A DNA stretch of 62,481 bases, the filler included, from Choristocarpus tenellus KU-1152 (lineage: Eukaryota > Protista > Phaeophyceae), in NCBI GenBank assembly GCA_964200185.2. It is 14 parts of 14 records of this genome, joined end to end, with 100 filler letters (N's around TTAATTAATTAA, not from the genome) between each part and the next. Parts side by side here need not be neighbours in the genome. Positions count along the whole stretch, not along the records: positions 28,616 to 38,876 come from CAXNAD020003032.1; positions 38,977 to 42,925 come from CAXNAD020016992.1; positions 43,026 to 46,701 come from CAXNAD020018575.1; positions 46,802 to 54,145 come from CAXNAD020006303.1; 10 more parts are not named here. One strand, given 5' to 3'. This document shows positions 38,692 to 51,073 of this stretch, piece after piece; the stretch's first letter is position 1, and each line of letters begins with the position of its first letter. The position numbers were made by a program, and so were the translations under genes. The notes under the pieces are model-generated. The model was not told where the DNA came from. It searched no databases and saw only the letters and a program-made list of their open reading frames with translations.

Positions 38692-40848
38692 ATTGGGAGA
38701 AGGTGGTGCAAGTTTGGGTGGGGTGGGTTCCTCAGTGCATCTGGTACTTGGAATAGAGAACAGTGTTCATAATTGCACGTTCAATTGGTGTGTTTGGCAT
38801 AGAGGTGTTGAGGTCATCATAGTGAGGATGAGGGACTGGCTTCGGGGGGGGGGGGGGGGGGGGGAGGGGGAGAGCTNNNNNNNNNNNNNNNNNNNNNNNN
38901 NNNNNNNNNNNNNNNNNNNNTTAATTAATTAANNNNNNNNNNNNNNNNNNNNNNNNNNNNNNNNNNNNNNNNNNNNCCCCCAGATACTTTGAGCCATCTT
39001 TGCATGAAGTGTATTTTGCATGAAGTCCCCTCGTCCCTGTGTCCTTGAAATAATTCTCACCTGCTTCCCTTCTGACTTCAGATATTGTGGCACCTGCTCC
39101 AAGCAGTGCTGGGAAATGTCGCACACACTCGAAGACATGCAGGCGAAGGTCATCTTCAGTCAAGCCTTGACAAGTACTGCTCTGGTACGACATTCGCCCT
39201 TCGATGGACTAACTTCTAATGTGCTAGCGAGATCCTCTCTCAGTACAAACTCTTGGCCTTCCACCCCTACTTAGACTTCTGTCTTTAGAATAACTGTGTA
39301 CGATTACCCAAACAATTCAGGCATACGTCACAAAGAGAGCGAGGTTCTATACATACATGCATGCATACATGCGTGCATGCTTTAATTTCCTGCCCGAAAT
39401 GGTCGTGATCAACGAAACAGTGACTGCCGGTTTCACGGTTTCATGTTTTATACCTCCGGTCACATCCAGGCAAAAAAAAAGTGGTGTTGGAGGAATTAAG
39501 AATCATCGTAAAATATCAAACTGGCTGGTTCTCTCTACCAATCGGAAACTCCAGTAAAATTTGTGATTAGTAGAGGGGTAGTGGTTAAAATAATCCAGGT
39601 CGAAGTTCTTACACCTTACGAGCCTCACATTTTTTATGGACTACGGAGGTGCCAATAGCTAACCCTTAACTCTACCCTTGGAAAGTACCTCCGTTGCCCG
39701 TCCAATTCATTCAAAAAAACTTCGGCGAGGGTTGTAAGTAACTTCTGACGTCAGTGATCGTGCAAGATTCCCCATCATCTCCATCCCACTTCAGAGAAAC
39801 CAACCCTAAAGGCGTTCTTGTCCATAAATTAAAAAAATCCGGAAAGATCCATAAGTTCTTGCTTTGACAAGATTGGACCAGCAACGTTCTTGAGATGCTT
39901 CCATAGGTCCTCTCCCACCTTTATAGGGCTAGGTTGGAAGCGTATAGTTGTGCACATATTTAGTCGAGAACAAACTCCAAAGTGACATTGTTGTAATTTT
40001 AGTTTTCAAAATACTCCATAAGTTAGATAGGTATCTTAGTATCACCATTAACAACCATCATATCTACAGCAGTTCATGTCATACAGTTCTCATCTCGGTT
40101 CCCGCCCCGCCCCCTGACATATATGCAAAATGTCAGATGGCATAAAAACATATACATTATTGCACCCTCAAACATGTTGCTGGTGTGTCAGGGGGAAAAC
40201 CAATGAACATAATATATTTTATTATGCCTTCTGACATTTTCCAGATATGTCAGGGGGAAAACCGATGAAACTATTCACATATCAGTATAAACCCTATAGA
40301 AGTTAAATGTCACAAATCTGAGAAACACTAATCTATATGCTATTTCGCTACTATGTTGTACCATTGCCTTCCCGTGCCTCCAATCTACGTATTCCTGCAC
40401 CCCAGGGGTGAGGGAGTTCGCTTTCCTCCTTTTTTGGAAAACGCTTCAATAGGTGGAGGAGTATCAAGCTATCCATATGTATTCCTTACAACGGCACACT
40501 TATTTCAACAACATATACTGCCAACGATTTTTCTCAGTCATAATATACCGTATGGGCAGCAAAACCGAAATTTTTATTTTCTTACTATTTTTAAAACGCT
40601 GCACTGTTGTCGTGTTCGTTGCTGTGAGCATATTCTTGTTTTGAAGACTTGGGTGTGAGAGTATCGAGGCAACTGTGATCAAGCGGAAATTCCTCCTACG
40701 GTAATTTCTGGGTTAGTTGCACGCTATAGGGATGAGCAACTTCCCAAAGTGTATAAATTTGGCGAGTCTGTGACTGGAAAACGGAAGCAAAGTGGGCAGG
40801 AGAAGAACTGCTAGATACGCCTCCCAGACGATCTTGGCTCGAGAAGAT

Positions 40849-41026
40849 GACCCAAAGTATCTGGAGGGGGGGGGGAATCTACACCAGGGTGTCCATTTGG
40901 ATCAAAACTTGGAAAAGTGCACTAACATTATCCATCTGACGTGTGTAACCAACTCACCCAAATATCGCGATATGAAAAATTGACCCCAAATGGACAGCCG
41001 TCACCCCCCTCCAGATACTTTGAGCC
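40849..41026. mobile_element. MITE family B, full length (178 bp)
   Basis: GACCCAAAGTATCTGG ... CCAGATACTTTGAGCC; flanks AGAT/TGAT. Confidence 0.9.
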
Positions 41027-41262
41027 TGATAGGGACTACTGTTGAGGTTTGGAGAACCATATCCCCACTAGCCAGCAGAAATGGTATGAGTGAGTCTGGA
41101 GCTACCAGTCCAAGGGGTTAATATGGCAGAGTGGCGTTCCAAGGAAGCTACGATAGTTAACTTACACTACGTTCAAGCAGCAGTTAAGGTTGTCCAAAGT
41201 AAAGAGTCACCACCACCACCACCACCATCACCACCATTGTCTGGATACTGCTCTCTCATTTT

Positions 41263-41521
41263 GAGTGCAAGTATCTTAGAGGGTACGAGTTTTGCCCTGT
41301 TTGTCCACTTGGAGCTTGGCTTCCCATGGGTTCTTCTATGACATTTTCCTACTCCAAAATGTTTAGGAGTAGGTAATGTGTGTATGTTATGAAAAGGTGT
41401 GTCCGGAACATGGATATTGACACTTTCTAACAAACACGATAGCCCAGATAATATTATAATCGCAACATTGGATTTTGGCCCCCAAATGGACGCGGCTCTA
41501 CCCTCTTAGATTCTTTGGCTC
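41263..41521. mobile_element. MITE family A, full length (259 bp)
   Basis: Both TIRs and the conserved interior are present. Confidence 0.9.
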
Positions 41522-43025
41522 ACAAACTACAAAATGAAGAGGTGTCATTCCAGGGAAGTTGTGTGATATAGTTGGTGCATGTCATGCTAACGTGGCAGCA
41601 AATGGGCCAGCCCAAGCAGATGAGGGCACATGCATGCACACTTACGAATCGCTGTTGAATGTGACTTTTCTTGTTGTCTTCTTTTTCTTTGTGGGGTTGA
41701 TTGTTCTCCTTGTATCCCTCTTGGTTTTTGTGTGATCTGTGATAATGAGTGATATTGTGGTGTTTCGAATTGTTGAATAGACATGGTGTGAGACTTTCAT
41801 ATTCTTCCCCTCGTCTTTCCTGTGCCGATGGACCTGGCGATATGTGACGATCGTGCTGACGTCATTTTTCCCAAGTATTGGATGTTCGAGTTTTACAACT
41901 GACATTCTCTTATTTACCCTTGGTCTATATTGAGTTCTTCCTCTGTTGTATTTTCTTTTTTCTTCGCTCGTTTCTATTCCATACTATTCATATTCCTTCT
42001 ATATTAGTTTTATGTTACTATGTCGACTGACATTTTGCAGATATGTCAGGGGATAAACCAATGAAAAGCCAATTAAATATCAGAACAACCGCTGAAAAAT
42101 CAACAGTTGTCATAAAAGTGAAAAGACACTTTTCTATCATCCATTTACTATTTTACTACCAGCTATCTATGCTACACCACTTCCCTCCTGTGCCTCCGAC
42201 TTAGGTTAGCCCTATGCCCCTTGGAGAGGAGGAAGGGAACCATCCCAAGAATCTGACAGGCCCCTCCTTGCCCATCTCCCTGCTGTCTCCAGCTTAATAT
42301 GCAGGGCACATATAGATAGAGTCACTTGAGTATCGTTGTTGTTCACATTTATTGATAGTCTCTGTTCACTTGCTTTTTGCTGCAATGTACGGCGAGGGTG
42401 GTTTATAAGCCATATTTTCAATAATCCCATGTGGGATAAAAACGTTTTATTGAAAACGAGATTGTACCTCGTTCGATTGAACCACTCAACTGTAGGTTTT
42501 ACTGTACCTGTATACTAAAATGTATACAAACACAGAATGATGCAAACAACTCGAATTACAAATGTGATTATATGAGTGATAAGGATCGGAGTGATTACCG
42601 CTTCTTGTCAAGTGCTGAACAATATATCCCACATACATGTCGTTGAGGGAGTCTAATGATCTGTCGAACACCTTGTAGTGCTGTGCCTTAATCAGTTAAT
42701 CCAACAACGAGAGGTTTGTCGAGGTTCCGTAGTAGGTATTATTGGTGGTTTCGTTCTCCTTCCTTGCCTAAATTTCAAGGGTTCGAACCTCATGATGGTC
42801 AGACTTCTTTCATAGAAGTTTGAAATTTAGAATTTACTATTATTCAAATTTCAGATGGAAATGTGAATCGTGTGATTCTGTGGCGGCGTGGTTCACTCAG
42901 GCAAGGGTAGCGAAGAGAATCACCGNNNNNNNNNNNNNNNNNNNNNNNNNNNNNNNNNNNNNNNNNNNNTTAATTAATTAANNNNNNNNNNNNNNNNNNN
43001 NNNNNNNNNNNNNNNNNNNNNNNNN

Positions 43026-43265
43026 GTAGAGCCGCGTCCATTTGGGGGCCAAAATCCAATGTTGCGATTTTGATGTAATTTTCGCGATCGTGTTTGTTAG
43101 GAAGTGTCAATATCCTTGTCCAGACACACCTTTTCATGAAGTATACATTCTACCTACTCCGAAACATTTTGAGGTAGGAAAAAATGTAATTAAAAAACCC
43201 ATGAGAAGCCAAGCCCCAAATGGACAAACGGGGCAAAACTCGTACCCTCTAAGATACTTTCACTC
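43026..43265. mobile_element. MITE family A at contig start
   Basis: Ends TACCCTCTAAGATACTTTCACTC. Confidence 0.9.
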
Positions 43266-45009
43266 GAAACTTGCTGTCTGGACGGGGGTCACAGGAAGGT
43301 CATTGGAGACCTGGTCGACTTGGAGACTGTCATTGATCGCCTACGCTGGTGGAAGGGGTTTGTATGAGATTACGACGAGAGTCAAAGTATCTTAGAGGGT
43401 AGATCCACGTCCATTTGGGGGTCAAAATTCAATGTTGAGATTTTGATGAAATTTTGGCTATCGTGTTTGTTGGGAAATGTGAATATCCTTGTTCTGAACA
43501 CACCTTTTCAGATGATGCACATTTTTCCTACTCCGAAACATTTCAGAGTAGGTAAAATTTCTTTAAGAACCCGTGTGAAGCCAAGCCCCAAGTGGACAAA
43601 CTGGGAAAAACTCGTACCCTCTACGATACTTTCACTCTTTGTGGAACCGCGAAAGTGAAAGATGAAGATCAAAAGGATTTAGGCGCCACACCCCGGGTTA
43701 TATATTGGGAGAGCAGCCATGCACAGGTTTGTGTTTGACGTAGGGCAGACAGTAATGAAGAAATTTGATGTGTTGTGTCGGACGGTAAAGGCGATCAATT
43801 TCCAAAGCACGCGGGGCGTGAAATGGCTCAAGACACCTATACGCACGCCCCAGAGCAACGGGATTGCTGAGCGGGCAATAAAGCAGGTACTGCAAGCAGC
43901 ACGCAGCCAGCTGATTCAGGCTGGACTGGGGGAGGAGTTCTGGTTTTTTGCAGTGGCAGACGCCACATTCAGGACCACTGGAATGCCGCACGAGTACTTG
44001 GGAGGCGAGACACCATGTGAGCGCCTGACCAACACACCCTTCAACTACAAGCGTCTCCGAGTATTTGAGACAGAGTGTTTTGTACACCGGACCAAGCAAC
44101 AACGCGGTGCTAATGCCAAGTTCCACCCATGTGCGAAGCGGGGGATCCTTGTTGGACATGACAGAGCGTCACTGTGCTGGCACGTGTGGATCCTACAGGA
44201 TGGTAAGCTGGTGACCTCAGCACAAGTGACTTTCCAGCCTGAAGCTAAACTGCTGTAGCTAGTGAGGGAGCCAGAGCTGGACATACTGGAGGAGTCAGAG
44301 CTCGATGACGACATGGACATGGGTATGAAAAATGAAGAAGAGGCTTCCACAACAGGGAGCGAGACTGGGGGTGAGAACCAAAACATTGGGCGTGGGGCTC
44401 AAGATGCAAAGCGCTCAACATCCACCCAAAGCCAAGATATTTCTCCCAGGATGGGACAAAGACAGCGCATGGACACGGCAGCGCAGATGGCGGCCAAACG
44501 CTTGGCTCCACACTCTAAGCGGCGGAAATCTGCCAGGCTGGAGCAGCGCCGGTGGGTGGCCCACACATGTCAAATGTGTGACCAGGAAGAGGATGAGGAA
44601 ATGGAAATGATCCACTTTGTATCAACCCTTATGCAGCAGAACAACGAAAAATGTACTACCTTATGGGTCTCATGGGGGAAGTAACAGCAGGTCCAGACGA
44701 GCCATCCACAACCAAGCCGGCCTTGAGTGGGCCAGATGCAGAGCAGTGGCAAGAGGCAATGGAGAAGGAAATATAAGGTTTATGGCAAAAGGGGACTTTT
44801 AGCGACAAGGTCCTGCCCCAAGGGAGGAAAGCAACTAAGACAAGATTTGTTTTCAAGATCAAGCGCTCAGCAGACGGGTCAGTGGAACGAAATAAGGCAA
44901 GAATTGTGGCCCGTGGGTTCACCCAAAATGCAGGAGTGGACTTCTTTGAAACCTTCAGCCTGGTGGTAGGGTACGGCACACTATGATGCGTCATATCAGT
45001 TGCAGCGTA
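43266..45009 (+). mobile_element. Degenerate Ty1/Copia pol (integrase, then RT start)
   Basis: ORF 43719-44258 has TPQSNGIAER, FWFFAVADA, TPCERL, LRVFETECFVH and GILVGHD (Copia integrase C-half). At ~44750-45005 it reads WQEAMEKEI..TRFVFKIKRSADGSVERNKARIVARGFTQNAGVDFFETFS (RVT_2 start). Integrase-before-RT order is Copia-type. Confidence 0.95.
43379..43637. mobile_element. MITE family A (259 bp) inserted in the Copia integrase region
   Basis: GAGTCAAAGTATCTTAGAGGGTAG ... GATACTTTCACTC. Confidence 0.9.
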
Positions 45010-45264
45010 GAGCCAAAGTATCTTAGAGGGTAGAGTCGTGTCCATTTGCGGGCCAAAATCCAATGTTGCGATTTTGATGTAATTTTGGCTATCATATTTG
45101 TTAGGAAGTGTCAACATGTTGCGGACACACCTTTTCATAACGTATACATTTTACCTACTCCGAAAAATTTTGGAGTAGGAAAATGTAAAAAAAAACACTG
45201 AGCAAGGCCAAGCCCCAAATGGACAAACAGGGCAAAACTCATACCCTCCAAGATACTTTCACTC
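45010..45264. mobile_element. MITE family A truncating the Copia RT
   Basis: GAGCCAAAGTATCTTAGAGGGTAG ... AGATACTTTCACTC; a further partial copy lies at ~45338-45473. Confidence 0.9.
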
Positions 45265-45540
45265 ACAGCAAAACGGTTGGGTGGTGTGTACCGATTTGGA
45301 ACAAGAACCCTAAGCAGGAAAACATAATGTGGAATCTCGTTACGAAAAGGTGTGTCTGGAACAAGGATATTGACACTTCCTAACAAACACGACAGCCAAA
45401 ATTACAACGAAATCGCAACATTGGATTTTGCCCCCAAATGGACGCCGCTCTACCCTCTAAGATACTTTGGCTCAGATGTAAAGTGATACCTATCTCTTCG
45501 CAAATTGGGTTGAGTGTTCGAGATGTAGGTAATTAATATT

Positions 45541-45570
45541 GGTTAGGGTTAGGGTTAGGGTTAGGGTTAG
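45541..45570. repeat. Interstitial telomere-like (TTAGGG)n
   Basis: About five tandem units. Confidence 0.85.
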
Positions 45571-45600
45571 GATCAAGGGTGTTGCTTTCAGGGCTTACAT

Positions 45601-46701
45601 TGTCAGCGACTGGGGTGGCATAAGACAGTTTATAAACGGTTTCGACCAAACAAATTATAGATGCCTGCCTCGTGATTGTGGTGATACCACTAGTGACAGC
45701 TGGTGTGTGCACAGTTCTAATGGTGATAAATACAGGGCATCGAACTTGAGAATGTTGATGATACCACGGCTGACAGCTGGTGTGTTCACGGTTCTAATGG
45801 TGATAAATATAGACCATCGAATTTGAAAATGTTGGTGACACCACTACTGACAGCTGGTGTGTACACGATTCTAATAGTCATATTTACAGGGGCATCGGAT
45901 TTCAAAATGTTGGTGATACCACTACTGACAGCTGGTGTGTACACGGTTCTAATGGTGATAGATGTGCAATATAGGCTAGATAGTCTATAGGGTCTTATCT
46001 ATTTAGTGACGACTTCCATACAACAGAGATGTCAATGACTTGTTTCTGTGTACTTAGAGTAATAGGGTCGAATCTCGTTGGATTGATTTCTTATTACTTA
46101 ATGTAAATGGTTGACGGAGGATATCTGACGTAGTACTAGTTTCACAGAACGAGTGACGTAGTGTGACTGAGGTAAACACATTTTGATGTGTCTGCTGACG
46201 CGCGCAATAGATAACGAGGCAGAGTCCCCCCCCCATCTCGAGGGATGTGCTCACTCCGCTAATAAATACATCCATACCACGTAAAGCAAAGACTCTATTA
46301 GAATAGCTTTCTTTTGCATAGGTTTTGAGCCTCATAGGTATGGAAGCGGACCCACGTAAACTGCCACTATGGAGTGGAGCCTGGGCATACAAGGGAGAAG
46401 TAGGCAGAATGGGGGATGGCGCTGGTGAGCTAGCTATGCAGGTGGCAAGGGACTGTACTACATCCTCCAACCAGCATACCGCATTTCCTGCACCTCCCAC
46501 GGCTGATACATCGTTCAGGAAGGCAGCGCGTACGAGGAATACGTCAAGCATCGCGAGGCCTTGTGGTTCCTGCTGGGCCAGACCACGAGGGGGGCTGCAG
46601 CGATGGTGGTCAGCAAACATGAGAATAACAGCGGCCCCGACGGGAGGGCAGCCTGGCTCGAGTTGGAGAAAATTTTTGGGGGGCGCGCTGCAGTGCAGCG
46701 G
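45601..46701 (+). mobile_element. Copia-like 5' end: putative LTR (45601-46318), PBS and frameshifted gag
   Basis: A TG...CA bounded region is followed by GGTTTTGAGCC (46321), one mismatch from the complement of the tRNA-Met anticodon arm. ATG at 46340; LWFLLGQTTRGAAAMVV..DGRAAWLELEKIF matches Copia gag. Confidence 0.7.
45676..45960. repeat. 77-78 bp tandem repeat, ~3.6 copies
   Basis: Core TGACAGCTGGTGTGT at 45694, 45771, 45848 and 45926; the whole unit is conserved. Confidence 0.9.
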
Positions 46702-48543
46702 NNNNNNNNNNNNNNNNNNNNNNNNNNNNNNNNNNNNNNNNNNNNTTAATTAATTAANNNNNNNNNNNNNNNNNNNNNNNNNNNNNNNNNNNNNNNNNNN
46801 NCAAAAATTGTGACATGAAAAAATTGACCCCATATGGACAACCGCCACCCCCCCCCCAGATACTTTGAGCCAATAGGCCAAACCTCGTACCTTCTAAGAT
46901 ACTTTCACTCCTCCCCACCTAACACTATACCAGCCACACACTCCAAACTTGGATCGATGCAGTCATGGATAGTGATATGGTGGCCTTCCTCCTCCAGCAA
47001 CGACACAACTTAGCCGTTGATAACTCACTGTCTACCTTTAACCCAGATTCTGAGTCCTTACTTAAACCTTCATATTCCTTGCCATCATCCTCCACACACG
47101 GAAGGGCATATCCTGCCAATGGTCCAACGGCATACTCGTGTAGGTATCCACCTTCACCAAGTATCTGGGCACATCATGGCCATTGCATAATCCCAGATAT
47201 GTTTTTGGTGTTTGTGTGGTTGTTTGTGTCCCTGTGTGAGTCCTTCTCCCTATCAAATATCCCAGGGGGGGAAATTCGAATAATCGGTCCTGAGATTTTT
47301 GGTTTCAATCTAACTATGAATTCAGTCGAATTCTGATCAATCTAATGGGTACGATTCACAATGCTACCAATTTGGCTTCACAAAAATGTTACTCTCGACA
47401 ATGTACCATAAATAATGTTTCCAATAATATTGGGCGTACGTGCTTTAATGTGGACAGACATGGTACATCAAGGGTGGTGAGAACCAGTTTGTGGTCAAAA
47501 ACAGCCAGGCAGTGCCCTTCCCCTGCACCTCGTGCATACTTTGGCCATAATATTCACAGTGAACTTTCGTTTTCTAATTCCTGCTCTCACACCAGGGCCA
47601 CCACACTTCAATGGGCATTTATGTCAATGTGGACACTGCCGTTGTCGAATTTGTAGCACCGTGGATCAGGATGGGGACAATGAGATGAAGAGACTGTGCT
47701 TTGATTATCACACTCCTCTGTAAGATAACAGTGGTATGAACACCACCAGTGATGATGATACTGTCTTTTTGCCAATGACGTTTCTACTCCAACTGGAAAC
47801 AACTTCGTTGTTGTTGGACAATTTATAGCTCTCTTGCACATGATTGCCTTCGAGAGAAAGTGCTGCCAACAAGGTTAGGGACAATGCCTGTATACCACGG
47901 CAAAGCACGAGGAAGGGGCCACACAAGGACACATCAAGTGATGCCGACAGAAACATTATATTAGAAAGGTGAGGTACTGGACTTGCTAGGTGGAACAAGA
48001 TAAATCAACTCAGAATAATAGTGAAGAGCGGTATGAGGTGTTGTTGTGAAGACCATTAACCATGAGACCATTAACTATGACACCCAGAGGAGCTTTTAAA
48101 TCTGCTATATGAATGTTGTGGAACCATTGTCTGCACTACTACAGTGTTCATGCTGTGCAACTGCTGTCCAAAAGAAGATGTAGTTGAGCGAGGGTTAAAG
48201 AGAGTGGACTAGAACTTGTGCGCACATTGTTGCACAAAGCAATAATGGACTTCTCAGTGCTTTTCTTCAAGACCTGTGATGCAGACAGTTATTAGACAAT
48301 TTCTTGACAGGTAGATGATGTGATATGTTGTTCCTGTTCTCCGCACCAAGTTTGGGTTTTATATAGCTGACACATCAAAACAATTGCACGGACATAATGC
48401 GATACCTGAATGAACACTACAAATAAAATATCCTGGACTGCATGTAAGGGAAGAAAAGCAATGATTAAGGATATATAAAGGCATAGTAGACATTAGGATC
48501 AGGTGAGTGACATCGGGTTAGGGCTGTATGTGTGTGTGTGTAA

Positions 48544-48730
48544 GGTTCCGAGTATCTGGGGAGAGTGGGGGTTGGGGGTCTACACCAGGGTGTCCATTCG
48601 GGCCCTGACCAGGAGAAGTGCACTTTACATTATCGATCTGACGCATGGCAACCAAATCGCCCCAAAATCGTGACATGAAAAAATGGGCCCCAAATGGACA
48701 GCTGCCACCCCCTCCCAGATACATCAATCT
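48544..48730. mobile_element. MITE family B, degenerate ends
   Basis: GAGTATCTGGGGAG..GTCTACACCAGGGTGTCCATT ... CCCCAAATGGACAGCTGCCACCCCCTCCCAGATAC. Confidence 0.8.
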
Positions 48731-49310
48731 GAACATCTTGTCAACAGCAGACAGGGCAGGAAATGCATAAATTTATACATACAAAGTTCTCAAGCAGTCC
48801 CTTACTCCATAGTAGTAAAAAGGATCAAACTCTAGATTGGAACTGATTTGTGAAGAACAGCAAGAGATTTTGAAGTGAGACTGGGAGACTGAATCAATAT
48901 TTTCTTACTTACACAAACAACCCTTTCCCACCAAAAAGTCCACTCAGAACCACATTACCACTACGTTTTCTTGGTTGGTCACTTTGGGAACCAGTATCGC
49001 ACTCCTTATTGTGGGGTCGAGCGCAAAGGGAGTCCTTGTGGAGATGAGGGTAGCGTGAAGAGGTTGTGTCTGCCGATGTTGGGTATTTTGTTAAATGTTC
49101 TATACTCTTACGTTCAACCAAAGAAGAACATGTCAAGATGATTCAAATGGATAGCACAACCTTTTCTGGAAGGACATACAAAGCAAACAAGGAAGAGACT
49201 CCATGCCGACGGATAAATTGGAGATCAGGAATGGCTAACTTTGTTCTATCCCACATGCAAGCCATAGAACTAAAATATCTAGTTCCTCATGATGGTTGTA
49301 GTGTATCTTA

Positions 49311-50587
49311 GAAACCAAAGCATTTAAGAGGGTAGTGCCACGTCCTTTCAGGGGTCACAATTCCAATGTTGCGATATTGATGAATTTTGGCTATCGTCTA
49401 TGACACAAAGCATTGAAGAGGGTAGGAGCTATGCCCTGTTTGTCCATTCGGGGCTTGGCTTCGCACGGCTTTTTTACCCCCTTTTTCGGTTTTCAAAATA
49501 TTCCAAAGTAGGTTGAATGTATACGACTATGATAGGTGTTTCCGGAGCAAGGATATTGACACCTTGCTAACAAACACGATGGCCAAAATCACATCAAAAT
49601 CTCAACAGTGGATTTTGGACCCCAAAAGGACGCGGCCCTACCCTTTTAAATGCTTTGACTCTTTGTTAGCTAGCTAGTGTCAATATCCTTGTTCCAGAAA
49701 CACCCTTAATAATCGTATTCCAAAATGTCTCGGAGTAGGTAACTGTGTTCACACAGAAAACCGAAAACGGGCAAAACCCCCCTGGGAAGTCAAGCCCCAA
49801 ACGGAGAAACAGGGCAAAACTCCTACCCTCTTAAATATTTTGACTCTCTTTCGGTTCATGCGAGTTGGGTACACTAATCTGGAATGATCTCCCTTGTTCA
49901 ACAATGTTTTGTCTATCACTATTTAAAGTATAGGTTCGAGTACTTGGAATAGGAGTCTACATAACATCCTAAACAATATCCAGCACTACTGTTCCGGAGG
50001 CCTCACATAACCTCAGAACTCCCATGCCACACCATTGCCCTCTCTCTAACCCGTCGACCTGCTCCAGTGCGCTGGTGGGCAGCTGTGGGATGCGAGCCAT
50101 GTAGATCCACAAGAAGGGAAGCACAAGTATTTCTCTCTCCAGCGGTGATGCAGTCTTCTGGATTGGCAGCAAGTGTGCACAAAAAGTCAAACCATTTAAG
50201 AGGGTAGTAGTTTTATCCTGTTTGTCTATAGTTTGGGGCTTGACTTACCACGGGTTCTTCATGACATTTCCTACTCCAGAACGTTTCGGAGTAGAGACAA
50301 TGCAGGCTCAAAGTATCTGGGAGGGGGTGGCAGCTGTCCTTTTGGGGGCAATTTTTTAATGTCGCGATTTTTGGCTTCCCATGGGCTTCTTTAGTACATT
50401 TTCCTAATCCAAAATGTTTCGGAGTAGGTAAAATATGTATGTTATGAAAAGATGTGTTCCGAACATGGATATTGACACATCCTAACAAACACGATAGTCT
50501 AAATTACATCAAAATTACATCAAAATTGCAGCATTATATTTTGGCCCCCAAATGGACACGACTCTACCCTCTCAGATAATTTGACTC
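49311..50587. mobile_element. Cluster of nested and truncated MITEs (family A variant and family B)
   Basis: A-type pieces at ~49311-49397, 49401-49641, 49677-49845, 50184-50292 and 50371-50587; B piece at 50305-50372. Confidence 0.8.
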
Positions 50588-51073
50588 TTGGTGTTTGGTG
50601 TGTGTATGCGCCAAGAACGGCAAGCAGGACAAGCAAGAACCATAAAGAGGAGGATGTGTATGAGCAGAACTGTACTTCAGACCATTGGTGGTACAGGAAG
50701 TGGAACACTGAGGAGTTACTGCCTGCAATAAAGAACAAGATACCTTGGTTGCAGAGGAAGCACATTGTTGTTCAGCAAGATGGTGCTACTCAGAAATCTT
50801 GTCAGAGGTAGGGACCACTGAGGGATGGTCAATTAGGCTTGTGACGCCGCCATCTAACTCCCCCGACCTCAATATCATGGACCCATGCTTCTTCAGGTCT
50901 TTGAAGAGTTAGGAGATTGGGGGGAGGTTTGGGTCCGTTGAGGAGATGGTGAAGGTCATCAGGAAACAGTATGAGGGGTATGATGAAACCACAATTGAGA
51001 GCGCTTGGCAGGTCCTTTTTGTGGTCTACAATCAAGTACTTAGATACAAAGGGGCGAATGGCTTCAGTGTGAA
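50588..51073 (+). pseudogene. Mariner-like (plant/DD39D-type) transposase, C-terminal fragment
   Basis: GVWCVYAPRTASRTSKNH..LLPAIKNKIPW..IVVQQDGAT, then after a deletion/frameshift GWSIRLVTPPSNSPDLNIMDPCFFRSLK..KGANGF, matching plant-mariner motifs IQQDNA, QPPNSPDLNxLDLGFF and GxNxY. Confidence 0.88.

Noticed and set aside
45541-45570. True chromosome telomere
   Set aside because: Only about five units and internal to a contig.
45676-45960. Possible CRISPR array (regularly spaced conserved motif)
   Set aside because: The intervening sequences are homologous to each other rather than unique spacers, there are no cas genes, and the context is a eukaryotic LTR.
46925-47170. Minus-strand ILGEGGYLHEYAVG segment resembling the C-terminus of ATG18/WIPI proteins
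   Set aside because: The match is too short and no supporting upstream WD40 exons were recognised.
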